Below are positions 39,448 through 55,369 of a DNA stretch of 64,000 nt, piece after piece. Location of the stretch: assembly GCA_030141605.1 (NCBI GenBank), contig JAQGDQ010000483.1, forward strand, positions 1 to 64,000, given 5' to 3'. This DNA is from Tubiluchus corallicola. Lineage: Eukaryota; Animalia; Priapulida. Positions within the stretch are counted from its first letter, which is position 1; each line of letters begins with the position of its first letter. Below the pieces are notes generated by a model. That model was not told where the DNA came from. It worked only from the letters and a program-made list of their open reading frames with translations, and did not search any database. Both the position numbers and the translations under genes were made by a program.

Positions 39448-40004
39448 TGAATCTCTAAGAAAATGTACTCAAATTTAATATTGCCGTCCAAAAGAACAAA
39501 TGTAGGAACTTCCAGTGTTCTAGTACCAGTGAGCAGAGTACAGTCAGATACCCCGACTAACTTGCTGAAAACGTATACCAACCGACATTTTCATATTAAT
39601 TTTTTAGTTGTAACTTTGATAATGCTTCAATTAAAGAAATTGAATGTTAAGAGTTCATCCGTACAGAAAAAGCATGAATTCGTACAGAATTGTCAGCGCT
39701 GCACTGCAATAACTGTTCATTCTTAACCCAGTTTTTATCGCCGAACACACCAGTAAAGAACAGTGAAACAATTTGTACAAGATGGCAGCATAATTACAGT
39801 CATAATTTCGAAGTTTAAATTGAGGATAATTGCGCTTGACACCTCCTTGTTACGTCTGGCACTTCCTACATGCAAGCAGTGTTTAAAATCTCTTGTACAA
39901 TGAAGTAAAGAACAGAAGTAAAGAAGTAAGTATAAGAGGAGGTAAAACAGAAGTGTGCCTACGTATCAAAGAAACACTCCAGTTTCACTGGCGATGTTAA
40001 AACT

Positions 40005-40675
40005 TTAAGGGCAAGGAAAAGAGGTACCTGAAATAGGTTTCAGAACAATCGCCTTAATAAATTATAATACTTTATACCAATTTTATGCATATATCGTACT
40101 CGTGTTAAAAGGATTTTTTGTTTGTTTTCATTTTAAAGTTCCCGCAATACTGTTCCAACCGCGCCATTACATGACGTCATATATGCCAAACGTAAATCAG
40201 TGGTGGAAGAGTACGTGTTAAATTATGTCCCAAAAAACTTTCCATGTAAAATTATATTACTTATGTAACTAAAAAATTGTTTATTATTTAAAATGCTTTT
40301 ACCAATTTATTAATACTTAAATTGCTTTCACCAATTGGTAAAATGTCTCTGACTCACCCTCCATGGTGTACCACTCACTAACCAAAAACGCATTTTTAAT
40401 CTTATTGACAAGATACAGTAATTTGAAATATTACTTAATTGGAGGCGTGTGCGCTGCGAATACTCTGATTATTTTTTCAAACATTACTCAGTGTTTTCTA
40501 AACTTGTTTAAAATGACTTATTGTCAAAATGGCTGCGTCTAACGGTCATCGCGGTTTTATACAGCCTAACTGCCGATTGAAGTCCTGTATATAAAAAGGC
40601 AGTACGTAAGTAATATAAAATTTCAAGACGAATTTTTTTGAGCTTTATGTAAGTTGAGGGTTTTTTGTGCTTTAA
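40005..40675 (+). mobile_element. Kolobok/T2-like MITE, family A (long form)
   Basis: TTAA|GGGCAAG ... gtgct|TTAA; colinear with 5361-6037. Confidence 0.75.
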
Positions 40676-42633
40676 AAAGTGTATAGAACTAAAGTTAAAC
40701 CTTTTGTTTTTGTTTTTTTATCTGGAGAACCCTTGGTTAGCTCAAGTTCTTACTTTGAGTACGGAAGTTTTTTTTCGAAATAGTACTAAAAAGCTAAGCA
40801 GGTAGTGCTTCTACAGTACGACGTTTTCAATTTACATGGTATGGAATGTCCCTTTACCTACAGTAGAATAAGCAAAAACGAGATTAATGGTTTCTGTTTG
40901 ATTCATTATGCCGTTTTTATGGTGTTGTTGACAGGGCATAACTTCATCACCATCAACTGCTCTTAGATCCATTGGACATATCAAACTGTGAGTCATCCAA
41001 GACAAATCTTGAGAAATTAATCTGCCGTCAAATTTCGTTTATGGTTATAGACACAACAATGGCCGACCTTTGCAAACGTGCATTTTGAATAAGAAATGAT
41101 ACGTGAAAAAACGAAGTCATTGAACAAACATTTTAAATGAATTCATGCTACTAACGTCTTAGAACATAAACATGTGAACACAATGCTGGCTTTTCGGCAG
41201 ACGTTCACGTCAAATGATGTACAATCTGCCACATTATGAAAAAACAGATGGCACACATTTTTTGCTCTAAGATTTGTCGAAGAATATGTTATTTCACAGT
41301 ACCGTTAGAACACGCAAATTGGCGGAGAATACCAACGAAATCACGTAATTCTCTACAATGTAATCTTTGTGATTTGCTTCACACGTTGTATGCAAAAACT
41401 TTTAGCAAGAGCGGTTATATTAACAAAGGTAACTTATTTCTGTTGATAGGACAATGGGGCATAACAAACAATTGGAAGCCATTAAATATAGACAGATTAT
41501 AGATGCTGCAAATGCTTGTTAAATTAGGGTTTATCGTTTTGCTTGACTTTGCCAATGGCATACGTCAGGACTTAATATATATTACTGAGTTAATATCTAT
41601 AACTTAGAATTCAGTCATAGATATCAGGTACGTCAAAAATGCCTGTAAAGGCACAAGTACATAACAAAGTGTTCTAAATTCTGTCATGCACAGAGCAAGT
41701 TTACCAACTGTTGCAGACTTCAAAGAACGCATCGTTTGTTGGGTTTAATGTTTTACTTTTGCCAAATCTTGACAAATTTAAAGAATTCTAATTAAGAAAC
41801 TGTGGAATTTGGCGGTTTTCATGCCACAAAGACAAAAGCGTGGGAACCACGCACGTGTGGGACTCATTTGCACGCAGTACTAATGTACTTTCAGTTTCTT
41901 CTTCAAACATCACCTGAGCCTACATACATTTTAAGTGGCCATAACATTCAGAGTGGTCATTTTCCGTCCTTAAAGAAGCCAGAGTCTTCAGAATCTAGAT
42001 AAACAAGAGCATAGAATCTAGAACTATCTAGAACTAGAGCAACAGAATCTAGAACCTACGTAAAAGCAATTCATTAATGTTTGTCATAAGAAAATTATGC
42101 TTACGCATGTATATCCACGTTTGTATCAATTCTCATTATATTGTAATTGTTTCATCATCTACAGCATTTTTACGTTTGACGCGCATATCACGTTTGTTTC
42201 TTAACCCCAACAGTTGACTTGTCTGTTTTTTGACAGGAATTTTTAATAACATTTTCTCCTAGACATTTTATTGTAAAAAATTTCGCCTAAAGCGTTACCA
42301 TTAACCACTGAATTACGAGGTGGTAAGAGATTTGTCACACTAACATGTTACATTCTTAAATTTAGAAAGTTTCGGACTGGTTTTTGAGGGGAATGTTTTA
42401 ATCCTATTTTGTGGTCAGACAGTTCCATTATTTTCTCTCCACCTTTTTTCTTTATGATTGGCTTAGTAATGGAGTGCCAGATTGCAATTTATCTTTTCTT
42501 TATCACTTTCACCGACTTTTAATCAGGGTTGCTATGGCAACCTGGTTGATTTTAAAACGTTTAGTACCCCAAAACCGACCTCTTTTGTAGTATTCTTATT
42601 AAGCTTTCTAGTTTGTTCTCTTTCTCCCCTCGC

Positions 42634-44130
<1,497 letters not shown>

Positions 44131-44691
44131 CTCTTTCTCTCTCTTATTCTTGCTTCTTTAATTCTTTACCTGGCTTTATCAACTTTTGTCTGTTCACCAC
44201 TAGTTTTTTGGTTCTCTCCCCTTCATTTTTATGTCATCTTTAACTTATTCCAACTCACTTTGTATTGCCTTGTTCGCTGTAAAGTTGATCTCTTTAACTA
44301 TTGTGTTCGTTATATTGCAAAATGCTTCCATCTAAATTACTTTTCGAGTGACTGTTGTTACTCTGTTTTAATAATTTCCAAAGGCAAGATGTGTTAAATA
44401 AGACTTCCTCAGATAATATTTACTTAACGTTTTCACGAGATCGTGGTATTATTCCTCGTACAATATCACTACTCGAAATTTCACTGACTTTTCGTATTAT
44501 TTTCTTCCCATCTTTTCACTTTTCTATGTAACGTTAATAATGCCCGGTAGTCCTAGGGTCAACAACATTGTTTTGTTGGCGTTTTGCTCTAACACAAGTG
44601 AGGATTACTCTGCAATTAATCCGTGCCCTTAGTCATGGTTAGCTGATAATGTTGAAAAACGTTGAAAATGACTGAAAAATGTTGAAAAAAG

Positions 44692-44692
44692 A

Positions 44693-44733
<41 letters not shown>

Positions 44734-44885
44734 CGACGACGACAACGAAGACGACGACGATGATGATGTCGATGATAATGATGATGATGATGAAGATGAT
44801 GATGATGATGATAATGATGATGATGGTGATGTCGATGGTGGTGACGGTGATGATGATGGTGATGGTGATGATAATGATGATGATC
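44692..44885. repeat. (GAT)n/(GAC)n/(GGT) trinucleotide microsatellite
   Basis: Directly visible. Confidence 0.95.
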
Positions 44886-46699
44886 TCTGTGACAGTTGAT
44901 TTTTGTGACAATTGAAAAATATGAGTTACCAAAGAAGTAATGGTCATCGCAACTCTGATTCTCAGTTGCTGTCATCATCACCTTCGTCAGAACAGTCACT
45001 GCTGGTATCAGGAGCACTCCAGGCAATACATCTTCCGAACTCAATTGATTTCTATATGCAGCTCGGCACACAGTAAGCTGGAATTCAATATGCAAGGGCA
45101 TGGTTTAGTTAATGTTGTTGGCTGTGTGTCTGGACCGGAACCGAGCTGATTATCAACGGTAATTCTCTGAGGCATTGAATCATCAGAGGTGTCTTACGTT
45201 ACGTACGTGAATACGTCTTCCATACGTCAAGTAAAGAACTCGACAGCCAGGCCATTATGAAACTGAAACTAGAAACGCCTAACTGACTAAGTTTCAGATA
45301 TGTAAAATGTAGAATATGGCTTGTAGGTAGATTAGCCATCTATCTACTAGCCACACCGTACTATTGCTGCCACATACAATGGCCATTGGTCAAGGAGCTT
45401 TTGCTGCTTGTTTCAGCTTGTCTTGTCTGTTCAAAATTTGATTCTAGGCGTCAGGTATTTTTATATTCTTTTTGTTTTCAAGCAAACAAACAGACAGACA
45501 GACAAACAAACAGGCAGACAGACAGACAGACACAAACAAACGAACAAACAAGAAAGCAAGCAAGCAAACGAACAAACACATTAAGGACATTTTAAACTTA
45601 TGATGAAATTAGATTTATAGTAATCTAGCAACTAAAACAGGACCGTCCATTCTCCAGTCCAGCTTTCGTCTGAACCGCATGACTGCATACCTGTCCCTGT
45701 GACTGATTGCTGTTACCTGCGCAGTCTGTTACCTGTGAGCGCTATTTCGTCCTCTCAACACGCTAAAAGTTGGTCGACGTCGATACTTATCTTGGTGTGT
45801 TGAATTACTCATAATTGTATGTGTTTTTACATCTTTTATGATCTGGCTACTCAGTGCGTGAAGTTACAGAAAATCTAGAAACTTCTTTCTTATTTTGTGT
45901 ACGTTTTGAAGTGCTTTTTTAAAAAAACTTGTCGTTATAATCTACACAGGAATATAATTTGCTCTGCACCTTAACTGTGCAAGTTTACTTTTAAATACCG
46001 TTGAAAAAATTTTGTGAATACCTAGATTCTACACAGTTTTATGCGACCTGACTATTATCCGGTAATGGAGTTCTCGGTCACCATGAATCGTAACATCTTC
46101 AACAATATCAGTAACACGTTGCGACAATTGTTGTAAATTCCTAACGAATCCGCTATAGTGCTCTCACGATCGTTATAAGTGAATGGAATTGTTTCTGGCC
46201 TTTTCAAATTGAAGACAGACAACCCGGCTGGATGTTTCTGAGTTTCAGAGGTATGCAGAGAATTTATGGCTTTCTTAGACGTATACTGACAAAACGAGAC
46301 GTGTAATTTTTTAAGCAGCTTGCAATGAAAATGATTTAAGTAATGCAGTAATGGGAAAGTTCAAGATTAAGAAGTTCCACGTTGTTTCGTGGCGTTTTCG
46401 ATTGTGGTTTAACTGGTACAATAATCGGTATATCTGTCAACACCGCTTACATATAATATATATAATAATCTTTATTTGCCATAAAAAAATCGATATTCAT
46501 AACCATAAAAGCATAAAAGAACATCGCAGCATGAGAATGGAATTCACACAATTGTTAAAGGCAAATGCGTCCAATGCAAACTAAAAACTACTGTGCCAAA
46601 AATTTAAAACAAAATATATATATACAATGGGCATGGGTAAATAACCGCTTGACCACACTCTTTATTAAAAGTTATGAAAAACATGAACTGAAACTCGTG

Positions 46700-47150
46700 G
46701 ATAGATTAGATTAGTTCATTTCAGCATAAAAGCCATACAGAAAACAGAAAACCATTACATCATACTACAATAAAATACTAAAATAAAAGTTACACCAAAC
46801 ATACCGCTCTATACATTTAGTTAAATAAGCGTGCGCAGCATTCGACGATTATTATTTACACACAGACTGTGTGTTCCGCATCTTAAAGTAGCAAGATTGT
46901 GTAAGTTGTATAAAATTGACAATAGCTAGTAGATGTTTAGTGTTTTCAAGTTCTAGTAATCGTTTTCCTATACTATAACAGGTTTTCCTACAAAAGTGCG
47001 AAAAAATGAAGCAATGCTAAATTTGCATACATGTCAGAAGCACTGCAATCATATGGTAATTTAAACAGCTTCTTGATACCATTGTTATACGCAAAACGTA
47101 TTTTGTCGAAGACGATAATGTCAAATTTTGGCCATAGTGACATAGACAAG
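46700..47150 (-). mobile_element. 3' end of a related LINE subfamily with an (AATCT)n tail
   Basis: The - strand reads LSMSLWPKFDIIVFDKIRFAYNNGIKKLFKLPYDCSASDMYA, homologous to KLFNFSYDTSARYI in the 43267 element. Confidence 0.7.
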
Positions 47151-47360
47151 TTTTAATCTTTCATTTCGTGTTTGTGCTCTTATACACAGTTATACTCTTA
47201 ACTGCTCATAGCTCACCCGTTTTACTTTCCCCAATAGTTTTGCTTTCTCCTTGCAGGACCTCTCGGGCCTGCATTCTAAGCAAGGATCTATGTTTAAAAT
47301 GTCATGGTTAGATTACTATCTACGCATTTCCCATCGCACCAGTAACACACCTCTTACAGC

Positions 47361-47721
47361 CAGGACCGGATTACGACCTATCTGGGGCCCCTAGACTATT
47401 GAAATTATGTCCCCCTCAGACGGAGCCACCCCCTAACTCGCCTGCTCCAGCGTTGATTTTTTACTGGCGGTATATTTTAGCGACATATACATAGCTTGGA
47501 GTAAACTTATTGCAAATTCTTTAAATAAACTAGAATAGCTATTTTTTGACAATAAAAACACTCTGAAAGAAATACCACTATTTTACTATTTATCGCAAAC
47601 CAAATTAACACATACTTTAATACAACCGTAGTGAAAAAAACATATTTTCTACCAAATGTTACCAAAGCTTGAGGGGCCCTACGCTGCAGTCTGTACTAGC
47701 CTATAGGATTATCCGGACCTG
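47361..47721. mobile_element. hAT-type MITE (second family)
   Basis: TIRs CAGGACCGGATTA / TTATCCGGACCTG and a perfect 8-bp TSD CTTACAGC (47353-47360, 47722-47729). Confidence 0.85.
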
Positions 47722-47759
47722 CTTACAGCGCTGACAGAGTGACTAGTATTCGTAATGCC

Positions 47760-48420
47760 CTCTCCATTATGCCTGAGCATTTAAGACATTTTGAAGTGTG
47801 TCTTCTTGTTTTTAAGTTCATTAGTTCCTCTATACAAATTTCTAGCTTTCTTTTCTAGTCGAGGAATTAATCAATTTTTCTAGACTGCAGTTAACATGTC
47901 TGTAATTCTCTGAGAGTGAAGTGTTTTTTGTTATATTTTACTTCAGTATCAAGTGTCTTTTTAGAATTCCATGTTTGTACATTGTCTATTTAAATGTAGC
48001 AAGGTCTTGTGTCTCTTGTCAAATTTGGCAGAATGTTTAAGGACCCGTATTTATTTAACCTTGGCAGCGGCTTGTATGTATTTTGCAATTACTCTTGCCA
48101 ACATTATAACAACTGCAATTATGGTTTTGTTTGACCTACCTGCCTTTCATATTCTCTGTCAAAAATTTTGCCGCAAACGTTTTAATTGTGTACAATTTGC
48201 TCCAAAAATTTTGCTCCAAAATTGTCCTCTTAACACCGTCAACTTGACCTATTTTAAAATGCTGGTTTGAATTTGAAATTGTTATGAAGATGATCCATCA
48301 TTGTTATTAGTTATTGTATCAGCAATCATTTTCCTAATATCAAAAGACCCGCCACTTTTGCTAAACTAAAAGCATATTAATATTGGCCATGTTGACCATT
48401 TAGCACATTTGACGTACCAT
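47760..48420 (-). mobile_element. Possible old RTE-like LINE fragment (end of APE domain and linker)
   Basis: The - strand fragments LNGQHGQ/INMLLV*QKWR and KARNLYRGTNELK resemble RTE PNG...IDYILVxxRWR and the pre-RT linker. Very degenerate. Confidence 0.3.
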
Positions 48421-49844
48421 TGCTTTATTTTATACGCTGCCCTACAATGCAGAGCTGTTTTTTTCATTGGCAGTTCCTATAACTTGGTCTAGATAGATTT
48501 CTTGTTCTCGTCTGCGACTGATTTTATTCAGCAGTTCGTTTTTTACAAGTTCTTGTTACTTGTAATTAGCACATTATTTACCTATTAACTATAATCAATT
48601 CTACGTCAGGTTTTCAAAGAAAAAATATCATGATTGATGAGTTTCAAACAAAAAAGACCAAACAATGGAACAGTTTTTTCTATTACCAACAGCTTAGATG
48701 TTCCATTATATCTAGTCCCTGCTCGCACGGAAGAATTAGCTGACTAATAATTAATTAGTATTAACTAGTCTTGTAGCATTAGGCACTCAATTTATGCGAG
48801 AACGATTCATCTGACATTGTAAATCAAACATCTTTAAACATCTTTTCGTCTGTGTCATGGTGCCGCTTGAAAATGATAAAGAAGAAAGCAATAGATGTAT
48901 AATTGCTATCACTGAACCCTGGTGTTTTCTTTTCACACGAGCTCTTCAAGACGAGTTTGTTGTCGTGCCGCCATTGTACTATAATTCCGTTCTATTGTTA
49001 CTGTACGAGTAGGTAGAGTGTAGGCGGTTCTTAAGCTTTCAGAAACCTTTTCAAATGCTCCTTTTATAATTCCTGCTGTGTTTTACGAAACTGTCTGGCG
49101 GAATTTCTTAAGCTACTTTTGGAGTGGGTGTCATGTTTGCTTCAACACATTGCCCTTCGGGTTCTAGGGATCCTTTCAGGGTATCTCACTGATTGTACGC
49201 ATTCTGTACTTGTTCAGAAGGTTTGTTGGATTATGGCAGCAGTGACACACAGCTCAGAGCCTTCGACAGAGTCATTTCTCTACTGTAAACTGCTGTTATT
49301 ATTGTCTTGAAATTTTTTTTGTAAGCTGTTAGTTTGACAAATCTGATACTAATCTAGCACTGATGTCGAACCTGCATCCCAGCCGATATGTTGGCCAATA
49401 CGTCCTACTGCATGGAAAAATGTTTCAGATCCAAGTTCACTTGTGTTCTCAGTACTATAGATGCGAGAGTTTTTCGTGTCAGACGCACCCGTGAGGACTT
49501 TTTCGTATCTTTTGGTAACTGTAGAAATATTTCCAGAAAAAGTAGTTCTAGCTTATATAATTTTGCACATTTATTTAGCTTTTAACATTGAATAGGTGCC
49601 TTAAAGGCTTGCAAATTGAATTTGTTTTAATCAATAAAATGGTTAGTCATTTGAAAATATCCATTCCTACATTTTAGTGCAACTCTCTGCGAAACTACAC
49701 GCAGTTGCAACTGGGAAGAGCTCTACAGGGTTCATTGCTGGGACTCTTTTTGAATGCTTTATAAAGCAGCATCTTTCTGGTTCCGTGAATGATACCAAAA
49801 TCTTCACTGCGTTACTCTTTCTTGCCTTCCAGGTTCTTGAGTAA

Positions 49845-52800
49845 ATTTATTTTAAACCATGTAGCTGGTGTCGCAGACAACCACTGGTCTGTCACAAAGC
49901 TTATGATAAATTAGCTTTCTCTTGTCCCAGTCAGTCTACAATAATAATGCCCTAAAACGGTAGTGGCGTTGAGATTTCAGAGTTTAAATCGATGTTAGTG
50001 AACTCTGCGCGATGCATAACATGTTGACAATACGTTTGGCGTATGAAGACCTCCAAAAATAACGAGCAATACTAAAATTTTTGAACAATTTCTATAATAT
50101 TAATCATTTGTGTACTTAATAACTAAAAGATATCACCCAGGAAATTTTTCCGTCAGATTCTAATGCAAGACTTTGTATCACAGGAGGAGTTTCACAATGG
50201 TCATGTCTGAGTTCTTTCTTAAATAATCTATGAAATTCCTCGCGTTATAGAATTCTTTATGGGCCAATGCCGAGCCCTTTTGTGTTAAATAATTAATATT
50301 TCTGTGTGACGCTTCAATCTATAGAATTCCTTAATGGTGAACAAAAAACGTTTTGTATATGAACAACGTATCAACGTATACAAAACTCATCGTGACGTTC
50401 TGTTAATCACATAATTATTAGTGATACTGACGTGAATATGGATCTGTAGTCATATAACGGTTTTTAACAGTTATGCATGTAGGGTGTTACTTGTTAGTTC
50501 GGTTCTTCCAGGAAAGCTAAATATGTAATGATCGTTGCCACGTTGCCACCTTTTGTGTCGTCCCCACCCAAATGATCCGTTATAAACATGCATTAACACG
50601 GGTGGGTGCATGATTATGATTTACACCATCCTTGAACGAATGACATCTTCCTCTGATTGACAGAGTTGTTAATGTGTGGCTTTATTTACATAATAATATA
50701 CCCGTTACCTTGAAAAATTACCTTAAATTACAATTCAAATATTTACTGCCCAGTTTCCTCATCATTTTTGGTAATGTCTTCTCAAGAGGTACGACTTTCG
50801 CTAATTCTTTTTTGGTCATCGATGACACTTCTTTAGTAATTAACAGCCAATGTAAAATAATAAGTGGTCGCCAACCATTGTCCAGTGGGGTGTACGGTTC
50901 AAGAACAGAACAGCCAAACAAATTCTGGAGAGCATTCTCAGCAAGATGGAGTGAGCACACAGGATACTTGACATTGCCACTGGCTTAAATCCACCTTTGG
51001 CTATGTTGTTGTACTTATTAAAGTCAAATATTGGTAGAATTCGGCTCTTAATTGTCCCAAAGACGATGATGGTTGTTTATTTTCTGGCTCAAGTGAGTTG
51101 CTTTTTGTGAGCACATCGCTCAGGTGCGTTATGAGTAATTGCTACAGGATCCTATATACCTGCGTGTGTGAACGGTTCGCTGCATTCTCATACTTAAGCT
51201 TGTTTAGAGATTTGTGTAAACAGATAATTTCTTTGCTATTCATTGGCTGAAATAATAGATCTGGTTATAGCATGTAGGAACAGATGCTGCATCATGTTGT
51301 CGATTAATCCTAATTGTACGATTATTTTAAACTAGTTATTATTTGTCAATGAAACCAGTGAAAATTAAAGCTTTTTAATTCTTACCTTTATAGGAGCATA
51401 GGGGTAATAAATAATCATTCGAGTTAAATTTCGCTTTTTACATCTGCACTTGAGATTTAAAACGTCACTCCACACATATCAGATTTGTTATCAGTTTAAT
51501 TTTATTTTTGGACAATTGCCAAAATTTTATTCGAGATAAAATTGTAATTGCGAATCAGCAGTTGATTTTTGGAGACACCTGCCTACTTTTAGTTTGATGC
51601 CTGTTGAAGGGCAAAAGTTATTAAATTTTTGCTATATTTACTTAGCTAAAATCAAACCTATTTCTTTATGCTGGTACATCATTCATGTTACAATTACTGG
51701 CAGTTTAACAAGTTTCGGGCTGCATTAAATTCAGTAACTTTAGGTTCCAATAAAATTCAAGCCTAGCGAATTAACTGCTAAATAGGTGATACCACTTCAT
51801 TGCCCTCTTAGCTGCTGCTAAAACTTAATATCACGCTTGTACTTAGTGATTTATTTAGTTCGATTACCATTCGAGATTAATATGCCTAAATTTGTAGCTG
51901 CATCGTCTAGTTTTTGTGAGTCAGCGCGGGCAGCCATTTGTCTGCCATTGCCAGCATTTAACAGTGCATCTTTCTCTCTATCTGAGCATCAGTTACCAAA
52001 AAAGCCACGTTTGATTCGTGTTGTAATTTGTCGTCATTCTTCTCCACTTAGCCGCCATTTTTCAAACATGTTGGCACTCGTTGATCTATAATTGACAGCC
52101 GTAGTAGTGATTATGTTGGGCATCCCAGCCCCAGACGACACCAAATGAACTTTTTATTGGCGAAGATGAGGTTTCCATTACATGTGCCTGCGTTTTGTGC
52201 AGGTAAATAAACCGCAATTTGATGCAGGGATAGCTGTTGAGGTCATCGGAAAAGGCAGAGATAGGATTTTGGTCAAAATGACCCCAGATTAAAGACACAA
52301 CAGAGCTAGCTGGTTGAACTTGTAGAAGGGAGTGACGCAGGATTTGCAACTTTTTAGCTAATTTGTTTGACTAATTCTTGCTTTGCATTATTAGTTTGAT
52401 TTATTTAATTTTTTAAACATCAATGCAATTATTAATGCATTTGCTCGTTTTTGGTTGTCTGATTGATTATGCATTTATTTGTCTACTCACTTGTTTATTA
52501 CAGCCTGTACATTTGCTGCTTCTTACTTTTAAGTTTTTTTGTTTCTTTCTTTATTTTGCCTTTTGATTTTACTAGTTTGTCTGTTCTGTTTCGTCACAGA
52601 CAATTTTTTACCTTTTGAATATTGAGGTCCTCTGAGTTATCATTTTTTTTGTTTATCAACAACACTATTTTCAACAAAGTTTTCTCTTATAACGGTTTTG
52701 AAAGTCGTAATGATGCTTCTTCTCCTTTCACCACTTCACATCTCAATTTCTTGAGACACTGATCTTAAGTAAGCTTCAAGGTTTTATTATTTCTTGATTC

Positions 52801-53870
52801 CATTACCAGTAACGTTGATTTCTTTCGTAGGGCCCAGATTTTCAATGCCTTTTTAACAGTGTTTCAAATTTTTCATCTCTATCACTTGCTGTGCTGTTGT
52901 ACAACCGTTCTAAACAACACCTTTCAAACGCTTTATTTTCGTCTTCACTACTTTTCAATGTCATTATCACTAATTTCAGATTTCCTATGTTTGGACAATG
53001 CAACCTCACGTGCACCATTCATTTTGTTCAAACCACGATTCTTATCGTGTCCATCTAGTACACAAATATGATGATTGGTTTATGATAATGGCCGCCAATA
53101 TCCTGGGGGCACATATTTACATGCATCCACATTTTTGAATCCCTTTCTAATGCCTTGCCATCATAATGGCAACAGCGAGATAAGGATCTCTCTGCCTGTC
53201 CATAGCAATAAAATGTTGTTACCCTATTATCATATTATTCTTTAGCTGTTTCCTTTGGGCAAAGATGAATAGGAGTGATGTGCGTGCGTTACGTCTAGTG
53301 TGCTTGATCATGGTTCCCTATTTGCCATTGAAATTTCTGACCGTGGATTTGTTTTGTCCATATTCTTGTTATTTTACCATCCCCATTGCGTGAAAATAAG
53401 AGATTAAGATGGCTGAAAGTTTCTCGGTTTTGTGTGAGAAAGATAAACCACTTTGCCCGCAGAATTTGTCAAGGCTTGTCCTGAATTTCATTCTACAAAA
53501 CGAAGATGGTGGTGATGCTGATGCTGATCCGTTTATTGTGCCTGGTGATGAGGGTATTAACGCAATGGTGATTTGTTTAGGTCTATTACGCAAATGGTTT
53601 AAGTAATTATGTAAACGTGAGGGTAAAGTAGATGATGATGCTGATGATTGTGATAATGATGGTGGTGAAGATTTGGGTCGCTTTAATTTGCTGTTCAACT
53701 CGGGGCTTACGTTGCCTGTATTGGTTGTGTGTGTTTCGGAGATTTGGATACCTTCGTCATAAATCAGAATTGCGTAATGGAATAACTAACCCAGAATACC
53801 CCTATTAAGAGCCCACCTTTATCATTGTGTTCTAAAACCTGACTTGCAGTGCGCCGAACTGTAGTCCCCT
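49845..53870 (-). pseudogene. Decayed CPED1-like gene (signal anchor, ATP-grasp-like, cadherin-like, PC-esterase/SGNH-like), antisense in the RasGAP intron
   Basis: Motifs occur in the expected order on the - strand: hydrophobic LLIGVFWVSYSITQF (~53765-53815), KFRTSLDKFCGQSG..FSHKTE (ORF 53369-53698), QAHVMETSSSPIKSSFGVVW (52131-52190), LEPKVTEFNA (51721-51750), PMNSKEIICL (~51217-51246), W...SCTHP..RVNACL*RIIWVG(D) (~50560-50630). GT-AG introns at 51601-51657, 51247-51385 and 50653-50721. Many stops and frameshifts. Confidence 0.45.
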
Positions 53871-55369
53871 AAAAGCAAGGGAGGCTATGGAAGGTTGATG
53901 CCAATTTTGTGATTATACATGCTAATTTTTAAATACATTTCGCCTCGCGTGTTCATATAAGTACCCTGAAACCACAATGCTCTGGGTTCAAAACCTGATT
54001 GACTCACAATCTTTCAACGCCTTCTTCAATCAGTTAGCTGTATGGCTGTTTTGGTTAATGTAAACCTGACGTGTGTGGTGAAATAGCACAATTTTCAGAC
54101 ATTTCTCTTCACTTCATGTTGCTGCGTCCACATGCCGGTTTCTGATTATGATAATTGACTACACGGTTGACGTTAAAGATGGAAAGATTTACTCGAATGA
54201 AAGAGATCCTTTTGCACAATGGTGCACCGATGAATTTCTTGTCAGCGACAGCTCTTGTGCAAACATTCTGCAGCAGATTTACAAGACAAAAAACTTGTCT
54301 GGTGGATCTGGTTCATATTGACAGTTAAATCAGAATTATTAGTAGTAGGGTTCTATTCTTTCTGGTATATAATGTGACACATTGCATCATTTTATATAAG
54401 AAGTGTTGTTGCAGCAGACAAGAAGGTAAAGACCATACTACTGATGCACAGCAAATGAACTTTCACTAAATCAAGTTCAAAGAAAAACGAAAGTGCTTTC
54501 AGAAAGTGCAGCAACCCTAGTTTATAAAGATCTGAAGTGAAATAGGATTACTAACATGTTGCATAACATTCCAAGATGGTTTTTATTTCCAAATCAATAT
54601 TTCGTTGTTGTTTTTAATGTTTCTTTTCATGCCTTGAAAAAGTGGAAATATGCCTTAGGGCGTCACGTATGTCACATTTCAAATTTGCAAAAACGGCAGC
54701 AATGTCTCATTGAAATAATTCAGAAACCATATGCGTCAGAAAATTCAATTCTTAATAATTATTACGTAAAACAACAGTTTCGGTGGTCAAATGTTAATAT
54801 CGCCAGTCTTAGGTAGCTTTGCAAGTTTTTTCATCAATTTCACTCATAGACTTGCACAACGCCTTCGAAAAGATCAACGTTATTGCGGGTCATTGTCAAA
54901 CCAGAAATGGCATAAAAGTAATTTTTCTTACGAAATGTAAAGGTTAACAGTCGTAATCTATTAAGCCAATAAAATCATCACTGTTACTGTCAAGCGTTTG
55001 CCGAAGTTAATTAGTAGTCAAACGTAGTATTGTGTTTATTGTTTGTCAGTGAGACAGTTAAAGCTGCTAGCAAGGTTACCCGCGTTTTTCCAAGCCTGCC
55101 AAGAAGCGTTCAGCAAGTTTGTATATAATTTCGTAGAACAACATGAAATATTTGCTGCTTCTGTTTATTTTGGAATCTGATTACGAAGGAAGGACAAGCC
55201 GCTTGTATCTGTTTAGGTAAACAGATGTGCTGGATATTTAGCATCTGTGTACCAAAAATATACGCTATTTTTAAGGAGAAGAAGAAGAAGAAGAAAAAGA
55301 GACTTCGGGTAGAGTTTTCACTGTGCTAGTTGATTACCTAAAGCTGAATATGCATGAATTAAAAGCAGC

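Noticed and set aside
47240-47310. Strong acceptor ttttgctttctccttgcAG
   Set aside because: The phase-1 continuation stops after 7 codons, and the other frames show no family similarity.
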